64,000 nucleotides of DNA from contig JBFHAT010000006.1 in assembly GCA_041586155.1 (NCBI GenBank), positions 20,486-84,485 on the forward strand, in the 5' to 3' direction. The notes beneath the pieces were generated by a model. It saw only the letters and a list, made by a program, of their open reading frames with translations, did not search any database and was not told where the DNA came from. This DNA comes from Acidimicrobiia bacterium. GTDB taxonomy: Bacteria; Actinomycetota; Acidimicrobiia; Spongiisociales; JAENVV01. Below are positions 1-9,654 of this stretch, one piece after another (the stretch's first letter is position 1; each line of letters starts with the position of its first letter). The position numbers and the translations under genes are program-made.

Positions 1-1109
1 GTGCCGATCCCGGCGGCAGCCACCAGCGCCTCGGTGACGGTGACCTTCATTCCCGGCCGGCTGGCCGACAGGCTTGCAAACGTCAGGATCCCACCGGCGG
101 TGATGATGGCGATGAGAGGCGCCACGCTGGCGAACTCGACGAGGAGCAGCCCGAACGGCACGACGAGCAGCACGATCGCCAGTACCACCATCAGCGGCAT
201 CATGTACGAGGTGCCGAGACGGTGCTTGATGACCTCCGATTCCTCGCGTTCGCGCTCGGAGAGGCCGTCCGGGAGCGCCACCACCTGCGCAGCGATCGAC
301 ACAACCGCTCCCAAGAAAGCTCCACCCACCAACACGAGGACCAGTGTCGGGATGATGCTGATCTGGGTCAGCGCCGGTTCCTCGGGCAGCACCTCGACGG
401 GCGAGCCCATGCCCAGCAGGACTCCGGCGGCGACCACGCCCAACACCGCCCCGAGGCCGGCGCCGACGATCACCAGACTCCTCCCGGTGGTGCGGACCGA
501 CAAGCCTTTGTCGAACCAGGCCGGCACCGTACCGGACAGACGAGCGATGATCGCCCCGAACAACGCCGAGACGGCGGCTGCTCCCAGAACGAAGCGGCCG
601 GGGGCGACCTGCCAGATCAGCGTCGGATCGTCGTCGGTCCCCGCCAGCGCGACCTTGTCGAACAACCACGGGGTCGAAGCCACCAGGGCGAACATGCCCA
701 GCATCGCACCGAGAAGGGCGCCGAGCCTGCCGGGCAGTCGGAAGCGCTCGCCGATCGGCGCAGCCTCGAATTCCGGCTCGACCGGCTCGCTCATCACGGC
801 GGCGGCGATGTCGGCCGATACTGCCTCGGCGCCGACAGGAACCGTGGCCGTGACGGGAGGTGCCGGCTCAGGCTCAGACGGCGCCGCAGCCTCGGAGGTG
901 GACTCCGCCGGCGGCGCTTCCGTCGCCGCTGCGGCTTCGGTGGCGGCTGCAGCGGGTGCAGCCGTGGCGACGCTCGTCCCTCCCGCCCAGGCTTGAAGAA
1001 TGTCGTCGACCGAGACGCCCTCTGCTTGCGCCCGAGCGGCGGCAGACCTGGCGACCAGTTCCTCCGGCCCGCCGACGGCGGCTGCGGCTGCGGCGAGGTG
1101 CTCACTCAT
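1..1109 (-). CDS. Multi-pass membrane protein with Ala/Pro/Glu-rich linker (3' end runs off the window; absent from ORF track)
   Basis: Manual translation from ATG at 1109: MSEHLAAAAAAVGGPEELVARSAAARAQAEGVSVDDILQAWAGG, an A/P/E linker, then several hydrophobic helices, open to position 1; TAGGAT lies 8 nt upstream of the ATG. Confidence 0.85.
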   Translation of the reverse strand, partial: MSEHLAAAAAAVGGPEELVARSAAARAQAEGVSVDDILQAWAGGTSVATAAPAAAATEAAAATEAPPAESTSEAAAPSEPEPAPPVTATVPVGAEAVSADIAAAVMSEPVEPEFEAAPIGERFRLPGRLGALLGAMLGMFALVASTPWLFDKVALAGTDDDPTLIWQVAPGRFVLGAAAVSALFGAIIARLSGTVPAWFDKGLSVRTTGRSLVIVGAGLGAVLGVVAAGVLLGMGSPVEVLPEEPALTQISIIPTLVLVLVGGAFLGAVVSIAAQVVALPDGLSEREREESEVIKHRLGTSYMMPLMVVLAIVLLVVPFGLLLVEFASVAPLIAIITAGGILTFASLSASRPGMKVTVTEALVAAAGIG

Positions 1110-1294
1110 GAGGCGTCATCCTAGAGGCCCGAACGAGACCGAGCGACCTCCCCTGACCCGACCAGTGATGGCACGTCCGTAGGAAACATCTACCGAACAA
1201 GCCGAGTGAGGTGTAGGTTCTGACGGCGGCGGACCGGCACATGTCGACCCGCCCGCGTCGATGGGTTGGGTCTCCGTTGAAAGGACGGTGCACC

Positions 1295-1705
1295 GTGCGT
1301 TGGTCCATCATCCCTCTGGTCGTGCTCGCCATCCTGGTCGGGACGAGCCCGTCTTCAGAGGCGGTTGTTCAGCCGGAGTTCGTCGGTAGCTGGTACGGAT
1401 TCGACCCGGACCCACCGGCAGGCGATGGCAGCTTCATGAGCCTGACGATCACGCCGACCGGCTCCGGCTATGCCGTGAGGCTCGTCGACACGCTCGCAAC
1501 CGGGGCATGTGAGCCTGCGGCACGCGTGACGCTCCGGGGCACAGCCAGATCGCGAGGCGCCGACCTCCTGTTTTCATTCACCAGCGTGAGGTGCGATGCC
1601 GGCGCCGAGCCTCAGCTCAGCCGAGGGTTCCTCCGGTTCTCGCTGCAGCCCGATGGAACGCTATTGGACAATTTCGGAGTGACCTGGTCCCGGACGGCGC
1701 GCTGA
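1295..1705 (+). CDS. Secreted hypothetical protein (beta-rich, two Cys)
   Basis: GTG at 1295 preceded by AAAGGA; signal peptide MRWSIIPLVVLAILVGTSPSSEA. Confidence 0.7.
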   Translation: MRWSIIPLVVLAILVGTSPSSEAVVQPEFVGSWYGFDPDPPAGDGSFMSLTITPTGSGYAVRLVDTLATGACEPAARVTLRGTARSRGADLLFSFTSVRCDAGAEPQLSRGFLRFSLQPDGTLLDNFGVTWSRTAR

Positions 1706-1731
1706 AACCCTTCTCCTGGCAGCGGTGCTGC

Positions 1732-1911
1732 TCAACTCCCGAGGGTGCCTCGATCCCGGTCATCCGCCGTCGACAGGTCGTCGCCGTTGCCTTCGGCCCG
1801 GTCGAGTCGCCGGCGCCGTTCGATTCGACGGAGGAGGAAGAGCCCGACGAGCACCGGGATGAGGAAATAGAGAAACTCATCCCATCCACCTTGGTGAGCG
1901 AAGGCCGTCAC
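1732..1911 (-). CDS. Small single-pass membrane protein (59 aa)
   Basis: GTG 8 nt after TAGGCT; AHQGGWDE then TM segment FLYFLIPVLVGLFLL and basic RRIERRRR. Confidence 0.6.
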   Translation of the reverse strand: MTAFAHQGGWDEFLYFLIPVLVGLFLLRRIERRRRLDRAEGNGDDLSTADDRDRGTLGS

Positions 1912-1963
1912 GGCTGGCCAGCCTACCGGTTGCACCAGCGCCGCCCGCTTGTACCCTGGCTCC

Positions 1964-4486
1964 GTGCGCAGGCTCGGTCGTGTGATCAGGCGGCTTCTGG
2001 CCGTCGTCGTGGTCATCGTGCTGGTAGTGGCCGCGTTCGGCTGGTGGACGGTGCGCCGCTCGTTTCCCGACATCGATGGTTCTCAACGGCTTGCTGGCCT
2101 GTCGTCCGACGTCTCCGTCGTGCGAGACGCCCAGGGCGTCCCCCACATCTATGCCACGAACCTCACCGATCTGTACATGGCTCAGGGCTACGTCCACGCT
2201 CAAGAACGCTTCTTCCAGATGGACTTCCGGCGCCACATCGGGGCCGCTCGTCTGTCGGAGATGCTCGGCGAGGCGACCGTGGACACCGACCGCTTTCTCC
2301 GGTCGATGCGGTTCGTGGCGACGGCTCGAGAGGAATTCGAAGCAATGACCGCCGAGGAGCAGGCGATCATGCAGGCATACGCCGATGGCGTCAACGCCTA
2401 CCTGGCCGAGCGGTCGGGTGCCGAAATCAGTCTCGAGTACGCCGTCCTCGGGCTCAGCAACGCGGGATACGAGCCGTACGCGTGGGAGCCAACCGACACG
2501 CTCGTTTGGGCGAAAATGATGTCGTGGGATCTCGGCTCGAACCTCGAGGACGAGATCTCCCGGGCGTTGACAGCCGGCGCAGTGGGGGTAACGCAAACAG
2601 AGGTGCTCTGGCCCCCGTACCCGGCCGACCATCCGGTGATCGTGCACCCGTCCGAACCGACGGTCCGAGGCGGAGTCTCCGCCCCCGCCGTCGCCTCTAC
2701 CCAAGCGTTCGGCGACGTTCCATCCGCAACGTGGACGCAACTCGCCGAGGACGTGCTCGGAGTTCGACAGGTGACCGGAGAAAGCGGTGCAGAGATCGGC
2801 TCGAACAATTGGGTGGTCGACGGTTCCAAGACCGCCAGCGGCTGGCCGCTTCTCGCCAACGACCCTCACCTCAGCACCCAGATGCCATCGATCTGGTTTC
2901 AAATCGGGCTGCACTGCGTCGGCGAAGAGGCGGGATGTCCCCATCACGTAGCCGGCTTCTCACTCGCCGGAGGCCCGGGGGTGGTCATCGGGCACAACGA
3001 CCGGATCGCGTGGGGCGTCACCAATCTGGCGCCGGACACCCAGGATCTGGTTATCGAGCGCATCAACCCCGACAATCCCCACCAGTACGAGCTGGACGGC
3101 GAATGGATCGACATGGAGGTGTTCGAAGAAGAGATCCTCGTGGCGGGCGGGACGCCAGTCGAAGTCGAGGTGCGATGGACACGCAACGGACCCCTGATCG
3201 CTGACACGTTCGGCCTCGAGGACTTCGCCGAGACGGCCGGCGGCGTCGAAATACCGCCCGAACATGGTTTGGCGCTGCGGTGGACGTCCTTGGAGCCGTC
3301 GACCTTGACCTCGTCCATCCTCCAGCTCAACCGTGCCGAGGACTGGGAAGAGTTCCGCCAAGCCGTCTCTTCCTGGGACATCGCCGCCCAGAACATGGTG
3401 TACGCCGACGTCGAAGGCAACATCGGCTACCAAGCAACCGGGGCGACACCCATCCGGGCGGCGGGCGACGGGCGCTGGCCGGTCCCAGGGTGGACGAGCG
3501 AGTTCGACTGGGCGGGGACCATTCCGTTCGGCGACCTTCCCTCGCTGTTCAATCCGCCCGGCGGAGCGATCGTCACGGCCAACAACGCGGTGGTCGACGA
3601 GACGTATCAGCCACCGCTCACAGAGGACTGGGCGTACGGATATCGCGCTGAACGCATCCTCGAGCGGCTGGCCGGCGCCGAGGAACTGACCACCGAGACC
3701 ATGAATCAGATCCAAACAGACAACCGCAACCTCCACGCACCGGAACTGGTGCCGGCGCTTGCCACAGTGGAATCCGCAGACGAGTCGGTGGCATTGATGC
3801 AGCGCATGATGACCACTTGGCTCGACGACGATCCGGTCAACGCAGTCGACTCCCCGGGGGCAGCCGCCTACAACGCGGTGTGGCGCCACCTACTGATGAC
3901 GCTTCTCGACGAGCTGGATCCCGAAACGGTAGACCTCTCGGGACGCGACCGGATGTTCGTAGTCGTCAACGACCTTCTGACCCGTCCCGACGACACGTGG
4001 TGGGACATTGCGGACACGCCGGCTCCCGAACGGCGCGACGACGTGCTGGCCCAGGCCATGATCGATGCTCACGCCGAGCTCGTGGACCGGCTCGGACCCG
4101 ATCCGGAGTTGTGGCGGTGGGGGGAGATCCACACCGTCGAGCTGCGGCATGGCAGCCTGGGCGAGTCAGGCATTCGACCGATCGAAGCGCTGTTCAACCG
4201 GGGCCCGTTCGAGGTGCCTGGAGGGACATCACTGGTCAATGCGATGTCGTGGAGCCCCGCCGACGGCTATGAAGTCAAGGCCATCCCGTCGATGCGCATG
4301 GTGGTCGACCTGGCCGATTTCGACGCCTCGACCGCCGTGCACAGCACAGGCCAGTCGGGTCATGCGTTCCATCCCCGGTACACCGACCAGACGTCGGCGT
4401 GGGCGACCGGGCAGACGTTCCCCTTCCGATGGAGCGACGCGTTCGTCCGCTCCGGAGCGGAAGGGGTGTTGAGCCTCGTGCCGTGA
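1964..4486 (+). CDS. Penicillin acylase / AHL-acylase family Ntn hydrolase (peptidase S45)
   Basis: N-terminal anchor, RDAQGVPHIYA, GYVHAQERFFQMD, catalytic GSNNW, LANDPHL, GQSGH; TACCCT precedes the GTG. Confidence 0.93.
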   Translation: MRRLGRVIRRLLAVVVVIVLVVAAFGWWTVRRSFPDIDGSQRLAGLSSDVSVVRDAQGVPHIYATNLTDLYMAQGYVHAQERFFQMDFRRHIGAARLSEMLGEATVDTDRFLRSMRFVATAREEFEAMTAEEQAIMQAYADGVNAYLAERSGAEISLEYAVLGLSNAGYEPYAWEPTDTLVWAKMMSWDLGSNLEDEISRALTAGAVGVTQTEVLWPPYPADHPVIVHPSEPTVRGGVSAPAVASTQAFGDVPSATWTQLAEDVLGVRQVTGESGAEIGSNNWVVDGSKTASGWPLLANDPHLSTQMPSIWFQIGLHCVGEEAGCPHHVAGFSLAGGPGVVIGHNDRIAWGVTNLAPDTQDLVIERINPDNPHQYELDGEWIDMEVFEEEILVAGGTPVEVEVRWTRNGPLIADTFGLEDFAETAGGVEIPPEHGLALRWTSLEPSTLTSSILQLNRAEDWEEFRQAVSSWDIAAQNMVYADVEGNIGYQATGATPIRAAGDGRWPVPGWTSEFDWAGTIPFGDLPSLFNPPGGAIVTANNAVVDETYQPPLTEDWAYGYRAERILERLAGAEELTTETMNQIQTDNRNLHAPELVPALATVESADESVALMQRMMTTWLDDDPVNAVDSPGAAAYNAVWRHLLMTLLDELDPETVDLSGRDRMFVVVNDLLTRPDDTWWDIADTPAPERRDDVLAQAMIDAHAELVDRLGPDPELWRWGEIHTVELRHGSLGESGIRPIEALFNRGPFEVPGGTSLVNAMSWSPADGYEVKAIPSMRMVVDLADFDASTAVHSTGQSGHAFHPRYTDQTSAWATGQTFPFRWSDAFVRSGAEGVLSLVP

Positions 4487-4525
4487 AACGGTGGAACCGA
4501 CCGGCCGACGACTACGTTTAGACCC

Positions 4526-5407
4526 GTGGACCGCAACTCAGACAGCACCCGGCCTCGCTCCGCCGCCGAAGCGGGCGAGTCCGCCGACATTGTCGCCGAT
4601 CGCCTCGACCGCCACGCCGCCGAGCGAGTGATCCGTCGCGCCATCGAGCTGCACGGCGAGCATCTCGACGAAACCTACGACGCTCGGATGATCCACCGCG
4701 TGGCCGGCGAGCTCGGGATCTCGTCGCAACATGTGGCACGGGCACTTGCCGAAGAACTCACGACGCCGGAAACATCCCCGCGCTCACTCCTCGACCGCCT
4801 GTTCATCGAGCGCTCGGTGGCGGTGGCCCGGTTCGCGCACGGTCCGGTGGGTGAGGTCACAGATCGTACCCGCGAGTGGATGAGCCGCCACGAGGGTCTC
4901 CGAGTGGTCGCTACAGGCCGTCACGAGACCGTGTGGAAGAAGAACCCTTCTCCGATGGTGTCGGTCAGGTCCGGCCTCAAGCTGCAGCAGGGCACCGGCT
5001 CGCTTCGCACGGTTCGTGCTGTCACGACGTCCACCCGGTCGGTAGGAGACGACACTGCAGTGTCGCTCGTGGCGGATACGTCAACCGGCCGCACGGTCGC
5101 TTGGACGTCGGCGCTGGTGGGCGCGATTGCGCTCATCTTTGCCAACGGCGGGATCATCGCCGGCGCCATGGATGGCTCGCTGCTCAGCGTGAGTTTTCTG
5201 CTGGCCGCCATCGGATCGCTGATCGTGGCAATCACCACCGCCGCGGCAATATCCAAGGCGTGGGCGAGCCAGGTGCGGGCCGGCCTGGAACGGGCCGCCA
5301 CCGGAATCGCCGAACCCGACGCCTTGGAGCGGACGGAGAGTCTGGCCGAGATGCTCGGTCGCCTGGGAAGGGAGTGGCGCTCAGGCCGCTCTGGGCATCA
5401 CCGCTGA
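4526..5407 (+). CDS. Hypothetical membrane protein (two C-terminal TM helices)
   Basis: Helical N-terminus (ERVIRRAIEL...VAGELGIS), two hydrophobic segments; TACGTT 7 nt upstream. Confidence 0.7.
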   Translation: MDRNSDSTRPRSAAEAGESADIVADRLDRHAAERVIRRAIELHGEHLDETYDARMIHRVAGELGISSQHVARALAEELTTPETSPRSLLDRLFIERSVAVARFAHGPVGEVTDRTREWMSRHEGLRVVATGRHETVWKKNPSPMVSVRSGLKLQQGTGSLRTVRAVTTSTRSVGDDTAVSLVADTSTGRTVAWTSALVGAIALIFANGGIIAGAMDGSLLSVSFLLAAIGSLIVAITTAAAISKAWASQVRAGLERAATGIAEPDALERTESLAEMLGRLGREWRSGRSGHHR

Positions 5408-6045
5408 CCGTTCGCCTTGGGATACAACACCTCGGCGCCCACCGGACGGAATCCTGCGTTGTAGAACGCACGAAGCGAGGCGGCGTTGCCTGCCGCCACC
5501 TGGGCAAACAATGGCTCACCGCGTGGAGTGAGGCCCAACGCACCCTCGACCAGCCTGCGGCCGGTCCCGGCTCGTTGCTGGGACGTCGGAACACGCACGG
5601 ATAGCTCGCGGCGACCGGCCAGGCCCTCCCCGAGCACCAGGACGCTTTGACCGTACTTGTCCGAATACAGTTCCACGTTCTCCCGGTGGACCAGCGCTGC
5701 CGCCACCCTCGTGTGTTGGTACATGTCGTCGCGTCGCTCGAGCTGAGGGGCACCCTCCCCGTTGCCCTTGGCCACCATCACGACCCGCAACGAGCCGGGC
5801 CGCGCCCCCAACTGTTCGCCATACCAGGTGAGAAACGGCGCCCGCATAGGCGCAGCATCGTCGGCAGGGTCGAGTTGAGACCGCACGAGGTCGGCGTCGA
5901 CCGGGCCGGCAACGACATGGTGCGACGTGAACGCCACCACCGCGTCGGTTTTGCCGGGCGGAGAAGGAAGGATCTCCACGAGGTCGTCACGCGGCGGGTA
6001 CACATCTCGAGCCAAGCGGTTGAAAAGATCCGTCAGACGGTGCAT
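5398..6045 (-). CDS. GNAT family N-acetyltransferase
   Basis: QRAGTGRRLV (acetyl-CoA motif A) and GNAASLRAFYNAGF (motif B). Confidence 0.85.
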   Translation of the reverse strand: MHRLTDLFNRLARDVYPPRDDLVEILPSPPGKTDAVVAFTSHHVVAGPVDADLVRSQLDPADDAAPMRAPFLTWYGEQLGARPGSLRVVMVAKGNGEGAPQLERRDDMYQHTRVAAALVHRENVELYSDKYGQSVLVLGEGLAGRRELSVRVPTSQQRAGTGRRLVEGALGLTPRGEPLFAQVAAGNAASLRAFYNAGFRPVGAEVLYPKANGQR

Positions 6046-6131
6046 CCGCGCAGAATACCGGGTGGCGGGCCGCCCTCGACGTCCGAGGGACGCTGCCGGA
6101 ATACGTGTCGGCGATGGGTGTTGGACGGCGC

Positions 6132-6647
6132 ATGGACTACGAGGAATTCAGACGGCAAAAGGACGACTTCTTTCGAGCTCACCCCCACTCACCCATTCCG
6201 CGACCGAGCCGAGCCGATTTCCCGGGTCTGGAGTACTACCCGCCGGTCCCGGAGCTCCGTCAGCGGGTGCGACTCCGTCCAGGCGACGGCTCCGAAGTCA
6301 TCGCTGCAACCTCCGATGGACAACAGCGCAGATACACGCGCGCCGCATGGGCGCCGGTGCGGGTCGGCAACGAGTCGGTCGATCTCCTGCTCCTCGGGTC
6401 GCAGGGTGAGGGGTTCTTTCTGCCCTTTCGCGATGCCACGTCGGGGCCGGAGACCTACGGTGCCGGTCGCTACCTCGACATCGACGATCCTGGCGACGGG
6501 ACGGTCGTGATCGATTTCAACCTCGCCTATCACCCGTATTGCGCGTACGACGACGTCTATTCGTGTCCCCTGCCGCCGACCGAGAACTGGCTCACCGTTC
6601 CGATCAGAGCCGGCGAGCGTCTGCCCGTCACGACGCGGCGAACTTGA
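6132..6647 (+). CDS. DUF1684 family protein
   Basis: FRDATSGPETYGAGRYL, DFNLAYHPYCAY, CPLPPTENWL, IRAGE. Confidence 0.92.
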   Translation: MDYEEFRRQKDDFFRAHPHSPIPRPSRADFPGLEYYPPVPELRQRVRLRPGDGSEVIAATSDGQQRRYTRAAWAPVRVGNESVDLLLLGSQGEGFFLPFRDATSGPETYGAGRYLDIDDPGDGTVVIDFNLAYHPYCAYDDVYSCPLPPTENWLTVPIRAGERLPVTTRRT

Positions 6648-7548
6648 TGACCGCTTCTGCGATGCGCTCGGCGTGGGTGAGAGGAGCCTCGTGCCGAGCC
6701 CCCACGAGTTCGACGACCTCGGGATCTCGTAGTCGCGACGCCAGGTCGTATTGACGCGACGGAGGCATGAGCTGATCGTCGCACGTGATGATGATGAGCG
6801 TCGGCACCTCCAGCCGCCCCACCCAATCGCGCGAGTCGAACCGGTTGATGCAGCGCAAGGCTGCCCAATAGGCGTCGGGATCCCGACCTCGGTGTTGGGC
6901 GTAGAACCAGGCGGCGTGCTCAGGCGCCACCGCGCCGACGTCGACGAGGTATTTGATGCGCACGCGGGACACCTCCGACCTGCTGATGCGGTCGAGGGCC
7001 CTGGCCACCGTGCCGCCCACGACTGCGCCGGCTCTGAGGAGGCCTTCCACCCCCGGAGCGGCCGCGGCGGTTGCGGCGAGCACGAGCCGCTCGACCAGGT
7101 GCGGATGGCGCCTGGTGAGTGCTTGTGCGATCAGCCCGCCCATCGAGTACCCGACGACGAGAGCGCGGCTCACACCGATCTGGGAAAGAGCCCCGGCGAC
7201 GTCGTCGGCGACGTCCTCGATCGAGAAGTCACCCGGAGTGAAGTCCGACTTACCGCTGTTGCGGTTGTCGAGAGCGGTGACACGAAACCGCTCAGCCAGG
7301 AGGGGGATGAGACGGCCGTAGACCACGACGCTGTGGTCCCCCCAACCGTGGATCAACACGAGAGGAGGACCGTCTTCGGGGCCGGCTTCTCGCATGAAGA
7401 TCTCTCGATCGCCCACGAACACCGTTCGGCCCGGCAGCCGAAGCGGATGCACTTGCCTCCCCGGGTAGCGCGGCGTCCGGTCGGTGCCGAGAAGACGATA
7501 CAGCACCCAGGCGAGACCCAACCGGCGAAGCCACTTCACGATGACCAT
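6628..7548 (-). CDS. Alpha/beta hydrolase
   Basis: LIHGW oxyanion motif, GYSMGG nucleophile elbow, DDQLMP Asp, GARH His; amphipathic N-terminus. Confidence 0.9.
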   Translation of the reverse strand: MVIVKWLRRLGLAWVLYRLLGTDRTPRYPGRQVHPLRLPGRTVFVGDREIFMREAGPEDGPPLVLIHGWGDHSVVVYGRLIPLLAERFRVTALDNRNSGKSDFTPGDFSIEDVADDVAGALSQIGVSRALVVGYSMGGLIAQALTRRHPHLVERLVLAATAAAAPGVEGLLRAGAVVGGTVARALDRISRSEVSRVRIKYLVDVGAVAPEHAAWFYAQHRGRDPDAYWAALRCINRFDSRDWVGRLEVPTLIIITCDDQLMPPSRQYDLASRLRDPEVVELVGARHEAPLTHAERIAEAVIKFAAS

Positions 7549-7970
7549 CCCAGGTCGTCGGCGGCAAACACGTGATCTCGAACCGGCTGACCACCGAGAA
7601 GATGCTCTTGGATGATCCGCTCCATCACGTCCTCCGTCACGGAGTGGTACCAGGTGCCTTCCGGGTACACCACTGCGATCGGGCCCCGCTCGCAAATGCG
7701 GAGGCAGTCGGCCTTGGTGCGAAGCACACAACCGTCTCCGGGTCGTGGCACCGGCGCTGCGGACGGATCACCCTGCCAGGCCACGGGAGCCGAAGCGAGG
7801 CCGAGATCCTTGAGGCGCCGCTTGGTGTACGTCCACACCCGGTGGGTGACCTCGTAGTCAGCGCACCGAGGCGTGGTCTGGTCGGCGCACAAGATGAGAT
7901 GCCGTCGCAGCCGGCCGATCGACAGAGAGTCGGCGATGTCGGCGAGTCGATCGTCGGAGGGCGCGGGCAT
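7536..7970 (-). CDS. Thioredoxin-like [2Fe-2S] ferredoxin
   Basis: LILC-x7-C ... [21 protein letters not shown]...IIQEHLLGG; TACAAT 6 nt upstream. Confidence 0.9.
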   Translation of the reverse strand: MPAPSDDRLADIADSLSIGRLRRHLILCADQTTPRCADYEVTHRVWTYTKRRLKDLGLASAPVAWQGDPSAAPVPRPGDGCVLRTKADCLRICERGPIAVVYPEGTWYHSVTEDVMERIIQEHLLGGQPVRDHVFAADDLGWSS

Positions 7971-8002
7971 CGCGCGATTGTAGGTGCGACCCGTCGCCAA
8001 CC

Positions 8003-9043
8003 TCAGCGCAGCGTCATCGACGGCGGACCGGGCACGATTTCCCCGATGACCGCTCCTGTTTCGCCGTTGGCGGTGAGGGCGGCCAGCAAGTCTTCTTGGG
8101 AGCGAGCCGGCACCGAGATGAGCAGCCCTCCACTCGTCTGCGCATCGGCCCCGAGCCTGATCCACCGATCGTCGCCGGTACGGTCGATGACCATCGGTGC
8201 CACCGACTCGAGATTCCGTTGGCTCCCTCCGGCATAGAAGCCCGCCTCCAGCAACTCGGCTGCGCCGGGGAGGATCGGAATCTGGCTGGTGTCGAGCACC
8301 GCAGCAACCTCGGCGGATACGAGAAGCTCGCGCAGGTGGCCGAGCAACCCGAAGCCGGTCACGTCGGTGGCGGCGTGGGCATCAACGACCGCCATTGCGT
8401 CGCGTGCCCCTGCGTTGAGCCTCACCATCGTCTGTACCGCCCGTCGCAGGGTGAGATCGTCGACACTGTCGCGTTTGTGGGCGGTCGTGATCACCCCGGT
8501 TCCCAATGGTTTCGTGAGCACCAGCCGATCCCCCACCCGGGCCCCGGCGTTCGTCATCAGCCGGTCCGGTCCGACGATGCCGGTCACGGCGAAGCCGAAC
8601 TTGGGCTCGGCGTCGTCCACCGAATGGCCGCCGACGAGCGTGCACCCGGCTTCTTCGAGAACCTGTGCCCCACCTTCGATGACCCGGCCGAGCAGATCGA
8701 ACGGCAGCACGTCGCGTGGCCATCCGATCAGCTGGAGTGCGGTGAGCGGCGTTCCCCCCATGGCGTACACGTCGGAGAGCGCGTTGGCCGCAGCGATCCG
8801 TCCCCAGTCGTAGGGATCGTCGACGATCGGCGTGAAGAAGTCGACGGTCTGCACGAGCGCGTCACCGGCCGGGGTCATGAAGACTCCGCCGTCGTCGGCG
8901 TACTCCAACCCGACGATCAGGTCGGGATGACGGACCACGGGTGAGTTGTGAAGTGGGCGCAGGACCTGCGCCAGCTCATCGGCACTGAGCTTGCACGCTC
9001 AGCCCGAGCCGTGTGAAAACGACGTCAGCTTGACCCCGGTCAC
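8003..9043 (-). CDS. selD: Selenide, water dikinase; selenocysteine at codon 15
   Basis: GGAGG RBS, GTG at 9043: [22 protein letters not shown], in frame with [54 protein letters not shown]. Confidence 0.95.
8956..8972 (-). promoter_or_regulatory. Putative bacterial SECIS apical hairpin of selD
   Basis: GGCGCAG-GUC-CUGCGCC, a 7-bp stem beginning 26 nt 3' of the UGA (9001-8999); similar to the GCAGGUCUGC apex of the E. coli fdhF SECIS. Confidence 0.75.
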
Positions 9044-9071
9044 GCGTCACCTCCTCTCTACAGGTGGCTCG

Positions 9072-9548
9072 TCAGCCTTCGAAAGGGCGAACGGACTTGA
9101 TCTCCAGCGTGAAAGTACCGCCTGGAGCTTCGTAGGTGACCTTGTCACCGACCCCGGCTCCGAGGAGGGCGGCGCCGATCGGCGACGACGGCGAGGCCAT
9201 GATCATGCCGGCCACCTTGTTCTCCTGCGGAGCGACGAAGTACTGCAGCTCGTCCCCGTCGTCGTCGACCGCGACCACCACCGAGCCGATCTCGACCACT
9301 CCGGAATCCGCTGCCTCCCGGACCTCGGCATTGTCGAGCAGATGACGGATCTGGCGGATGCGAGCCTCCATGAGTCCTTGCTCGTTCTTGGCGGCGTCGT
9401 AGTCGGCGTTCTCTCGCAGATCACCATGAGAGCGTGCCTCGGCGATTCGCTCTTCGATGTGCTCGCGGCCCGCGGTGGTGAGGTGGTCGTACTCCTCTTC
9501 CAGTTTCTTGTACGCCGCCGGCGTGAGCCACGTGGTCTCGTCGTTCAT
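9072..9548 (-). CDS. greA: Transcription elongation factor GreA
   Basis: TWLT...ARSHGDLRENADYDAAK, SPSSPIGAALLG. Confidence 0.97.
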   Translation of the reverse strand: MNDETTWLTPAAYKKLEEEYDHLTTAGREHIEERIAEARSHGDLRENADYDAAKNEQGLMEARIRQIRHLLDNAEVREAADSGVVEIGSVVVAVDDDGDELQYFVAPQENKVAGMIMASPSSPIGAALLGAGVGDKVTYEAPGGTFTLEIKSVRPFEG

Positions 9549-9654
9549 GGCCCGGGAGCCTAGCGGTACCAACTACACCTCCCCAGCCGCCGATAAACGG
9601 AACCCTCAGCCTCATCCGTCCTACAATCCGCCCGGGCAATCCGGCGGAGAAGAC

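Noticed and set aside
1-996. Long + strand ORF, and similar shadow ORFs such as 31220-32662, 32897-34381, 51685-53718 and 61993-63426
   Set aside because: Antisense or off-frame shadows of well-supported genes in high-GC DNA; no recognisable motifs
1176-1195. Imperfect palindrome gtag-gaaacat-ctac as an operator
   Set aside because: The arms are only 4 bp, there is a single copy, and no regulator is adjacent
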